Below, piece after piece: positions 52,751-63,330 of a stretch of 64,000 nucleotides of DNA. Each line of letters starts with the position of its first letter. Within the stretch, counting starts at the first letter, position 1. The position numbers and the translations under genes are program-made. Source of the stretch: Gnetum montanum (Eukaryota; Plantae; Gnetophyta); the NCBI GenBank assembly GCA_015680685.1, contig MNCI01001903.1:105586-169585 (forward strand), read 5' to 3'. The notes under the pieces were generated by a model. That model was not told where the DNA came from. It searched no databases and saw only the letters and a list, made by a program, of their open reading frames with translations.

Positions 52751-54137
52751 ATGGCACCCAAGGTTAAAGGCAAGAATGCTAAGTTGGCCAGGATAGACGA
52801 GATGCAGGAGAGTGTGCAGTGGGTTTCACAGGCCAGAGTAGAAGCTCTGGACGTTACCCTGCTTAACCGATAGGTCGCTGTTCACCTTTTTTTTCATTTT
52901 TACACTATCGTCATGTTTGTTGTAGTGTCGTGGTTTGTCTATTTTGGGTTCTAATGTTGTATCATGGCATTAATGTCTATCTGCACGAACTAAACTATTG
53001 TTATGAAGGTTTCAGAGATAAGAAATAATGTTGTATAGAGATAAGGTGTAGCGTGTAAATGTAACGTAATCAGAGTTTCTATGATAATGATATGTTGTGT
53101 CAGAGTGATACGCAGTATTTGCTTTCGTCGCCTTTGTCAGAGATGAACCTTGAGCTGTTACAAGGGTTTAGGAGATTTTGGCTATGCACCTCCAATATAC
53201 GCTGTAATTTTTCAGAAATTGTGCGAGCCCTAGTGTGGTGTAACAAATATTCATGTCTAGATTTTGTCTAACAGTAGTATGTTTATGTCCTACAGTATTG
53301 TGCTAAAGCCCATCCTAATCGTTTTGGACATCATGGGTGTTCTGTGCTGCATTCATGCCCTCGTGACCAATGTTCCCCCTCCTCATGCTCGCCTAAAGGA
53401 GGAGGCGGTGTGGTTCCAAAGAGGCACGCGGGATTTTATGCAATTTCTACTTCGCAACTACAGCATAATTGTCTGGTTGCATGTACCAGGTAATGAAGCC
53501 ACCGCTATTTTAGAGATGCTATTAGTTGGTTCGACGCAGAGCGTCTTAGTGTTTCTTTTTGATGGTGCGATTGAAACTATGTAGGTGCAAGACTGTGAAC
53601 AGAATGTCAAGGGTTTAAGGCATTTAAGCTAGATCTAGGAAATGCCCAGGTTTAATTGTTATCACACCTATAACACTCTATTTGTGGCCCATCATCCCAC
53701 AACTTATTTCTAGAATCCTCCTAGTACCGTGCATTACGTAGGCGGGTAAGTTTTGTTTCACTTCGTAGTATTGTAATGCTAACTACTGTTTAGATGCGTA
53801 CTGAGCGTAAAGAGTTGTTTTTGTTTCTGGCATAGGTTTTTTATTAGTGAAAATGATCTTATGGAAAATAGTGATACATTGTCATTGGCCAAGAGTGCTA
53901 TAAGGGAGTTTATCTCTATCAGCAACGTGCGGGCTGCCGTCATGGGACATCTGGCATTCGAGATCCCAGAATACCCTACCTGTTATGCCAACTTCTTTTC
54001 TAGGTGCAAGAATGCCAACTTCTTTTCTAGGTGCAAGAAGCTCAGATGGTTGGATAGGGAGTGGGCTCTGGACCCTTCCCTCATCGTTGTAGATGTTCAA
54101 AGGAAAATCCCTCTGTTTCCTTTACCTTTCGAGCTTG
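52751..54137 (+). pseudogene. Antisense gene of element D, 5' exons, encoding an FCP1/NIF-like HAD-fold domain with non-catalytic substitutions
   Basis: ATG in AACAATGGC context at 52751; acceptors at 53140, 53295 and 53835; donors at 53746 and 54138. Frame KPILIVLDIMGVL...AVWFQRGTRDFMQFLLRNYSIIVW...LRHLS*I*E...YNTLFVAHHP...NPPST splices in frame onto ORF 53861. Confidence 0.82.
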
Positions 54138-54219
54138 GTAAGTTTTTTCGAAATGATGAATTGCATCAGTGTTGTGTGATGATGATGTAAAATCATTTTG
54201 GTTTAACTATGGATTTTTG

Positions 54220-56160
54220 TTAACTATCGATTTTGTGAGTACCATCAACAAAATGGGCATGGTACTGATTATTTTTTCACCCTTAAACAAGACATACAAC
54301 GTATAATTGATAGAGGTGAAATTACATTTGACGATGCCAACCCTGTTAAACCGTAGAATCAATCTATGGGCATATACAAAGATCCCCTCAATACTAAGAA
54401 AGCTCCATATGTTATTAACATGATCTATATCGGAAATCAGCAAGGAATGCCCAAAAAACCTTTCGTGATTCATGTTCCTCCTACAACATCAACATCATCC
54501 CCACAATCTTCATATCCCACATACAATCCGCCTACACCTACAAAGCCATTCATCATTCATGTACCCCTTGTCAACGTAACTACAAATGTGCAACTGCCTA
54601 CCCAGCCCACTCCCTTTGTGGTCCAAGTGCCACCCATGGTTGCAACCACCGAGGTACAACCACAAAACTGACCAACCCCCTTCATAATTAGGGTACGCAA
54701 ACACCCTGATCTTCAACCTCCTACTCCTCAACTGCAAACCAAACCAACCCTGTTCGTCATCAGGATGCCTAAACACCTTGACACACAACCATCTCCAACT
54801 ATTCAACCACAACTCCGACCTGCTCCATTCGTAATCTGAGTCCCAAAATAACCTGATGTTCAAGCTTCAATGGTTCCCCCACGACCTTCGCAAGAACGCC
54901 TCATCGACAGACTTACTAAGGAACGGTTGGAAAAGGAATGTCGAAGTCTTGAATTAGGGGGACTAAAACCCACTCCCTTAAACGTTGTACCTATGGTTCC
55001 AAAAACTAACACGCCAAGCATAAGCCATGAAAATAAAAAATCAGGAATGCCAGATACATCAAACCCAACAGCCACATTAGACCACATGAAAACCATTTCA
55101 CAAGAGATACAACTATTGGGTCCAATGGATCAAGTCTCAACCAGCAAGAGCACACCAAATAGTAAAGACTTGGCCAGTGCCCTAACTCAGGTCACAGAGG
55201 TGCTTAAACAAAAAAACACATCTTTAAGCTTGTATGACCTCATGTTGACTTCTCAAGTTCATCATGAAGCCTTAGTATGCATGTTAACATCAATCCCAGT
55301 TAGCGAAGACTTGCCTGCAAATGAACCTTCCATTCATGCAGTAATGTCTCCATATCAAGGATCAAGAGCTACATCACTAGGCTTCAACACGGATAACATA
55401 AAAATAGATAAAAAAATAGGAGGAGTCACCACTGCACCCATGTTCATAACTATACAAGTAAATCAATTTAAAATACATAGGGTGCACGTAGATGATGGGG
55501 CAGCCACAAATGTAGTACCATACCCCATCGTAGAACAGTTAGGGCTAATTGAACAAATCAAACCAACTTCCACGACATTCTTGAAATAGTTCAATGGATC
55601 ACGTGTGGTTGTCAAAGGAAAACTAACTCTGGATTTCATAACAGGGGACCAGTTCCCCACGTCAACTAAATTTGTAGTCGTAGACGAGATGCCTGGTTTT
55701 AACTTGATATTGGGATGGCCATGGTTAGCCCAATTAAAAGCGATTTCCTCACCCATCCACCAAGAGATTCACTTACCCTATGAAGGTGGTGAAATCATTA
55801 TATACGGTGATGCAACCACACCCAACACCTCTGCACACGTAGGCACCAACCAAGGCTTAGAGGTCGAATTCAATGAGCCTAAATAGGATGACACTACTCT
55901 TGAGCTTAAACAGGATGCCACATCCATTGACAACCAAAATGATAACCAAACTCCAAACCGTGATCCCCCAGAAGATATAGAAACATTACAAAACGTGGAA
56001 ACATCAAAGCATGCTGACATAGGAGTCATGTCTCCAAACGTCTCATGGTCAGAATTACTGTTTAACATAATTAGCGAAGGAGACGCTGAATATACGATTA
56101 CACCAACATGCCAGACAAACCATATCAATCTTCGAAAATTAAAAAAGCTACTCAACTATT
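54220..56160 (+). pseudogene. gag C-terminus, repetitive linker and protease (probably element G)
   Basis: FCEYHQQNGHGTDY..TLKQDIQRIID; repeated PF(V/I)(I/V)xVP; HRVHVDDGAATNVVP; FNLILGWPWL. Confidence 0.88.
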
Positions 56161-56520
56161 AAAACCACTACTCATCCGAAATGACGTTAAACTACTACTT
56201 ATCCGAAATAACGTTAAACTACTACTCGTCTGAAATGACATTAAACTACTACTCGTTCGAAATGATGTTAAACTACTACTCGTCCAAAATGACGTTGAAC
56301 TAGAACCATCTGAAAAAGACATTAAAATACCACCATGTCCACAATGACATAAAACTAGCCACGGTCAGAAATGGCCGGTTCATTTTAAAACCCACAGAAA
56401 CAGTTTAAACCTCCCTCATTTTCTTCTGGCCCAAAATGGCCTTAAACTAGAATGCCATTGCTAAAGTCTGTCATGACTTTAAACTGACAAACATGACCTA
56501 AAATGGCCTTAAACTAGAAC
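56160..56520 (+). repeat. 27-bp tandem repeat ACTACTACTCGTCCGAAATGACGTTAA (~7 copies) plus related hairpin/pseudoknot units downstream of PR
   Basis: Read directly; same GTC-N6-GAC-NTTAAACT core as the other arrays. Confidence 0.88.
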
Positions 56521-56901
56521 AAGTTACATTTCCATTTCTTTAAGATTACATTATTTGTTTGCATGCATAGTTGCATCCTTGCTTTGCAAATTACTATGCC
56601 CCTTACACTTCTTTTACACTGTTATCATTTCAGTTGCATTCACGCTTATATTTACAAATAGTTAAAACAAAAAAATAAAAAAATACAATAAAAAAAAATC
56701 TTTTGTATTTATGCTTGTGTTTATCAAAAGTTTGGACAAACCATAAAATAAAAAAAATTGAATAACATAAAAATAACAAAAAAATATATCAATGTATAAA
56801 TGGATAATGTTTACATTGTATCACACATTTTCTTTCATACAATCTACAAATTTTTAACACAAAAAAAAACATAATTAAGCTCACAACAATAACAAGTTAA
56901 A

Positions 56902-56994
56902 TTAAACATCAGTGCTAGGAGGGGCTTGATCCCCAAACTTATCCGCATCATCGAGTCCCACTCCACTGGGGCCAGCCTCATCATCAACACGTCC
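56902..56994 (-). pseudogene. Terminal exon of the antisense gene in element G
   Basis: TTTTGTGCAG acceptor then GRVDDEAGPSGVGLDD...STDV-stop; matches C last exon VLGEGAGPSGAVDED, both phase 0. Confidence 0.7.
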
Positions 56995-58019
56995 CTGCAC
57001 AAAAAAAGATCCTAGGTAAGTAAATTAAAATTCATAAAACACACAAATGAAAGTAACCATCAACAAAACATATATATAATTAAAAGAGAACTAGACGTGG
57101 GCCACCCAAACCACACCATCTTATTTAATTGAACTCTAAATATATAATTTTATTTATTTTAACTACATATATCTATATATAATTAAAATATAATTATGAT
57201 TTCTTTCCCAATATTCTTACAAAGTAAAAGCCAATAGCATGTTGACTACTTTGATCACAAGACCCATACTAAACTTAATGAGGAGGACAAACTCATATTA
57301 GATTGTGGCTAGTCACAACTTTCAGATGTTTCCTTGGCACCATTTTTTTTCTTTTTTTGAGGAAACTTTTCCCATGATGCAGTTCAACCCTCATGTATGT
57401 GCCTTTAATTATGATTTGATAGCATCATAGCAGGTCTCCTGGGTGGCTAAGGGTTCTCAAGTGGAGATGAACACACTTCACCCTATTGTTCATAGGGTAA
57501 CCATGGATCATCACACTTGAGGGCTAGGGATTATGAGAGGGAAAATGCGATTTTCCAAGGTCACCTAGTGATTATGGCTAACCATTCTCCAACATCACCT
57601 ATCCTACACTCACATGATCATGATGATTACATGATAAGTTAGCACAAATCTCATGCTCCATAATCCAACATAACTAAAGAAACTAAAACCTTGAAAAATT
57701 TTGGGAAGAATCAAAGCATGATTGAAATATATAGTATAAAGGAGATTTTATGTAATAGTACTAGGAATATTATATAGTAAAAAGAATGATACTCACATTA
57801 TTTTCAGATGGTGTTCTGATGATCCAACGCCTAGTAACTCAAAAGATCATAATGATTACTAAAATCATATGCAAAGAAAAAATCAAAACAATATGCCAAG
57901 AAAGAAATGATGGAAATGCAAAGAAAATATGCAAATGAAACTATATACAAATAAAATGCATGATGAAGGAGAAGAAAATAGGCAACTAAGAATCTACTAG
58001 GTGTCCACGTGGGACACCT

Positions 58020-60735
58020 AAGTAGAAATGCTTTGGATGAAATGCATTAAAATTTCTAGGTAACTTATGTCCTTTCACATAAGCAACCTTGTATACATTG
58101 GGGCCAATGATGTCCTTAACTTGGAATGGGCTTGACTACATAAAAGGGAACTTACCTTGAAGGTTTACTCAGTCAAATGTTCTACCTTTTCCAAAACTAG
58201 GTCTCCTATCTTAAAGACTTCACCAATGTACTTCGTGTCAAGATGTTGTTTAACAATTTGTCGATGCTTAAGATTATCAAAATCAAGACCTAATCTTAAC
58301 TCTCTTGTATCAAGTCTTTCTTTGAGATAAGTTTCAATGATAGGTTTAGGTCTTGGTGGGACATCAAATATAGCCTTTCTAGGAGAATGTTTCATGGATG
58401 TGTCATTAAAATTTAGCACACCTTCAAATGTTTTAAAAGGTAGGGTTTTACTTACATATTTATCTTCCCCTAAAGGTGGTGGATCACTTAGAAAAAATCC
58501 ATCATGTTGTTGACCAGGCAAGGTGTCTCCATAGCTTTCTTCACTTTCTCTAGAACTTTGATAGGATTGGGTGGAATCTGCATGAGAGATGGGATTTATT
58601 TTTGTAATTCCACTCACATAGTTATTTTCAACATGTGCACTATGCTCAATCTCAATAAACCCAACATAAAGATTAGCGTTTTGATCTTCCAAAGATTGAT
58701 TATGTTGATCCAAGGTTGTAACTACTTGTTTGTAGAAGGGTTCTCGAGGTATAGTCATGTACTTAGATTTTTCTTTGATAGGGATTAATAGCTCTGAGAA
58801 ATCTGACTTAAAGAAGCCTCCAAACTTGACTCCAAAATTCCTAGATAGGAGCACACCATAGGTAGGTGACATGTCAACTACCAGGATATTTGTGTAACAT
58901 GTGAACATAGGGTATTGTTTAAGTTGCACTTTCACTCCTTTTAATGACCCTACTATAGGTACGTTGGACCCATTGAGTTGAATCACATTTTTTGTTTGTG
59001 GCATCATTTGTTCTTCTAAAGTCTTACATATCTCAAGTGGCATGACACTAAAAATTGCTCCAAAATCCATCAAACAATTCTGAACATTCTTTCCTAAAAT
59101 AATCAAAATTGTAAGGAAAGGAGGTCGCTCTTTCTTGCTCATCATGGAATTGTTTACATTTTGTACTAATAATGTGTTAGGACTTTTTGTGAAGTGAAAT
59201 TTCCTTTCGGGGGTTGGGAATTTTTCTTTATTGGTTTCGGGTGTATGAAGTATCTCTTGAACTACCTCTTTCATTTTGTTAAATTGTAAAACATCATACA
59301 TTGAGATGTTAGCTTTGGTTTTCTTAAAATCTTCAACTAGATCATAAGTCGTGTGTTTATCTTTAGCTTCTTGTTGAGGTGGAATTCTTCTAAGTATAGA
59401 AGGTGGATTTGATTGTTGTGGAGTGTATGTTTGGGATGACCCAATTTGAGTATTTATGATACTTTGACTAGGAGCTCTTCTATTTGGAGGAGTGTAAGGG
59501 TCAATCCTAGTTTGTTGTTGTGGGTTGTTCATAATGTTAGTAAGTCTACAGTATCAAGCATTATGTGGGTTGGGGTTGTTTACCATAACTTGCTCCAATG
59601 AGAAAACCTCTTCATTTTTTGTTTGATGAGGTACATTAAGGACCATAATAGGAGGTTTCCCATTTTGTTGACTTTGGGTGTTATCACCAAATAATGCTAA
59701 AAATTGGGGACAAGTCTTCTTAGAATGTTGCCTAGTGTTATGGAGGTGACAATAATTGTTATTAACTGATGAACTAGGCTTTTCAGGTTGTATAAGACCC
59801 TTGTTGTTGTTTCAATTTAGTTCAACTACTTCATTGGAAATTTTTTGAAGTAAAGTTAATATCTAGGTCATTTGATCTTGAGTTTGAGTTGGGGGTTTAG
59901 TAGGATTAGATACCTTGTTTGGGTTTATGATGGACTAAATTAAGGCCTTTGATTGATCCTCATTCAAACCAATGTTAGATGGTAGGAATGGAGAAGATGT
60001 GGGACCTTGAAAATAGCTATTTGTAGATTGAGTCATTTGAAGGGGAATGGGAGTTTGGAACATAGTGTTGGTCATTGGAAAAGTTGGTAGAGATACAGGA
60101 CTATGTTGCATAGGATTGCTAACACTCATAATTCCGAATTGAGTTTGAATGTTGTTCATAAGGGTAATTTGTTCTAACTCCACAGCTTTAGCCATTGCTC
60201 CCTGTATTTCTATTATGTTAGGATTTGATTTGATGGCATAGGTAAAGAATGGGTCGATGGTAGAAAGGTAAAAGTTGAGGATGCCATCGAGTTGTGGATG
60301 CATCTCACTTGGCACATAGGCCAATTGGTGAAGGAATATTAGGTTGTAATCCATAACATTTTCCCCAGGTAGCTTTCTTAAGCTGGTGAAGTTGCTAGAT
60401 GCTATGGCAGGGCTTGTGAATTTGTCAAATTGAGTCAAAAACTTATTTTTGAACTCCTACCATGAGTTAATGAAGGAATTGGGGAGCATCAGAAACCATT
60501 GGGTTGCTTTGGTTCTAAAAGTTGTCACAAATACCCTACATGCCACATCATTTTGGATAATGTTGTAGATGCCTAGTAAGCTTTCAAAACATTGTATATG
60601 TTGGCAGACATCACTATCAGGGTTTGTGGGGTCATAGAACAAATTTATGTTCTAGAGTGATTTTGGGATGTCATGGTAGTTAGTAAAGTTAAATGGGTTA
60701 CTGACCAAGGGAGTTGGGGTTTGATTGGTTGCCAT
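58020..60735 (-). pseudogene. Element F gag-protease joined to an integrase C-terminal (GPY/F-like) fragment; no RT, RH or INT core seen
   Basis: gag DVCQHIQCF...DVACRVFVTTF..KATQWF; PR CLMDFGAIFSVMP and YGVLLSRNF; same ORF ends FKIGDLVL; after a frameshift GKF..*SSPFQVKDIIGPNVYKV...NAFHPKHFY. Confidence 0.85.
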
Positions 60736-61441
60736 CCTAGTCTGAGTTCTCCTAGGAATAAAACTTGGAAAACATGAAGCTCTTTATCTCCTTAATGTAA
60801 AGTGATGTGTAGTTGGTCGACTAGGAGCAGAGGAAAGTTCACTTATAAAACATAAATATAAAATATAATTGTAACAATAAAATTATAAAATTGCATAAAA
60901 AGAAAATATTGAAATGATATATTTTTTTGGGTAAAGAAAAACACTAAAATATCCCTTTTTAAAAAAAAGAAAAAAAAATGTATAAAATTGCAATACTTAT
61001 AAAATTAAAAAGGGAAACAATAAAATGAAAATTTTAGGAAAATAAACTTAAAATTTCATAATCAAATAAAACCACCTTACCTAACCCAAGACTAAGGTAA
61101 CGACTGCCAAAACATAGATTCGAAAATGGGATTGGAAACAAGGATTTAAAAAAACAAGGAAAAAAAATTAAAGAAAAATGGGTGACGAGACCAAAAAGTT
61201 TTCAAGAAATGAACTTTTGAGAACAAGAAATAAAGGGCTCAAAAATTATTTAAAATATTTTTCAAGACAATGGCTGAAAATAGAAATTTTAAATAAAACA
61301 AGTTTGAAATAAGAAAAATGAAATTTTCAAAAAATAAGAATAGGGACTAGAAAAGGATAGAAAATAAATATTTCAGAAAATGGGATAATAAAGGTCAGAA
61401 AAACAACAAGAAAAAATTATAAACAAAAGGTTGGGGAAAGG

Positions 61442-61458
61442 CCCTCCTTCTAGCACCA
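61442..61458 (-). promoter_or_regulatory. Primer-binding site, tRNA-Asn type, element F
   Basis: Minus strand TGGTGCTAGAAGGAGGG next to the LTR end at 61465. Confidence 0.88.
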
Positions 61459-61464
61459 AAAAGG

Positions 61465-62668
61465 TGTTGATGCATACATTTTGGTCACAGCAACATCGAG
61501 AAAGAAAACTCGTTTTAGAAGACTACTGCTTAGGGTGCCTCCCGTATGGGTATGAAAACCTGGGAATAGTCTCAGCTAGAGAGGGCTATGTGGCCTCTAG
61601 AAAATAATAAACTAGAAAGAAATATGAAATTTAAATTAAATAATTATCTTCAATACAATAGGTAATTAAAAGAATTGAATTTTCCTTGGTCTCGTTGACG
61701 CTACTAATCCGTGACTGCCAATGGTATCCACTGCTGGGTAGGAAGACCACAATTGCCACAAGAGAGGAAGAAAGAGAGAAAAAGAGAGAGAGAGACTGCC
61801 AACTACAGTCCGCATAGGGCAAAAACTGCAGTTCTCAAAGCATGTCATCATTTGCTGCCCTTTGTGCACTGCTGTAGAGAGGAAGATCATTCACCCACGT
61901 CTGCACCACTATGACAAGCTCCTACCGTTACTGAGAAAACCCACAAGGATCTAATTTTGAGCTACTAGCTCCTGCCTTGGACCTTTCTCCAAGAACAACT
62001 AGAAGCCTGTAAAGAAAAGAAAAGAAAAGAGGAAATTGTTGCTTAGTGGAGAGGAAGCTGCCCCTTTAGACTAATAGTTAGAGCCTTTTTTAGGACTCCC
62101 TCTTCTTCATCATCCAGGAGCCCCCCTCTAGACTCCATTTTATAGTTGCTACGACCATCCATAATGATGCATACATTTCATGTAACGACTACAAAAACCA
62201 CCACGACTTCTTGTGTAATAACTCCCACATTCTCCAATTAAGTGCCCACTTATGTCCATAACCGTCGTAACTATTGAAATGTCTAGGACTAATGACCATA
62301 ACCCCCATCATTAATGACCGTAATTGTCATAACTTCTAAAATGTTTGCCATTAATGATTGTAACTACCATCATTAATGACTGTAACCACCACCATTAATG
62401 ACCGTAATTGTCGTAACTTCTAAAATGCTTTCCACCAATGACTGTAACTGACATCATTAATGACCGTAACCACCATCATTAATGATCATAATTGTTGTAA
62501 CTTCTAAAATGTTTGCCGCTAATGACTGTAACCACCATCATTAATGACCACCACCTGATAGTTTAAATTCCCACTACTCGCATGATTTTTATTGTGGTTA
62601 TTAAGGGAGAGAAATAGAAACATTGATAATCATGGCCCCATGTGAGCATGGGAGTGTTGACATCAACA
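61465..62668 (-). repeat. 5' LTR of element F (1.2 kb) with CATTAATGACYGTAAC tandem repeats at ~62290-62550
   Basis: Inverted termini TGTTGATG/CATCAACA; TSD; colinear with 41661-42446. Confidence 0.9.
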
Positions 62669-63330
62669 ATTCTATAGAAGGAATAGTTTATATCCAAGAG
62701 TAGGTCATAAATCATTGTTTTCCAAGTTATGTTTATAGTGGGTTCATGATGGATGGCTAAACACAACTCAAACATATGACTAATGATGTTGTAGAGCCTA
62801 TTTTACTAAAAATAGAAATAATACTAAGCTATGCTTAGTACAAGTCCAAGTGAAAGAAAAATCTTAGAGCGATAAGTATCAACTTTGTCAAACTATTTTC
62901 ATGCTCCTAAATTCATGTATCAATTGGGCAATCAAATTATAAGGGTCACAAGTTCGATTCTACTAGGAAGCATTGAGTTATAAATTTTTTAAAAATTCCA
63001 TAAAAGGAATTCTAAAACTAGTTCAATAAATCCAAGGGGTCTCAGTGAATGTAAGTGAAAAATTTTAGTTTCAATTTCATTGATCTACTACTAGGTGAAC
63101 CAAATTGATTAATTGCTAAAAAACTAAGTTAACTATGGTTAGTACTCAATATTTCAACATACCCATTGTTCTTTAATAACCCAACAAGAAATGTAAATGC
63201 AATCATCATACAAAATTATACTATTAAATTTCATTAAAATAAATTACATAGCATATAAAACTAATATAAGTCAAAGTTTTGCAATTTGAATGAATTAATC
63301 TCATTATTTATTATACAACATAATGATATC

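Larger units (their letters stand above)
45705..54200 (-). mobile_element. Element D: Tat-like element, 3' half (part of antisense gene, pol, 3' UTR, PPT, 3' LTR), inserted in opposite orientation into G gag
   Basis: LTR 45705-47142 (minus TGAAACACCG...CGTTACA); PPT AAAGAGGGG; pol 48697-52159; no 5' LTR present. Confidence 0.88.
42447..57065 (+). mobile_element. Element G: Tat-like element of the A/C/D group; 5' LTR, PBS, gag interrupted by D, PR and last antisense exon; rest deleted
   Basis: LTR 42447-44251; PBS; gag N-terminus 44870-45704; gag C-terminus and PR resume on + at ~54220. Assignment of 54220-57065 to G is inferred from orientation. Confidence 0.75.
41661..62668 (-). mobile_element. 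Element F: Ty3/gypsy (Tat-type Asn PBS) non-autonomous element hosting G and D
   Basis: TGTTGATG at 41661 and CATCAACA at 62668; perfect TSD ATTCT (41656-41660, 62669-62673); LTR copies 41661-42446 (partial) and 61465-62668; PBS 61442-61458. Confidence 0.9.

Noticed and set aside
61631-61914. Overlapping short ORFs repeated near 41900-42110
   Set aside because: They lie in F LTRs around a GA microsatellite; the repetition is LTR duplication.
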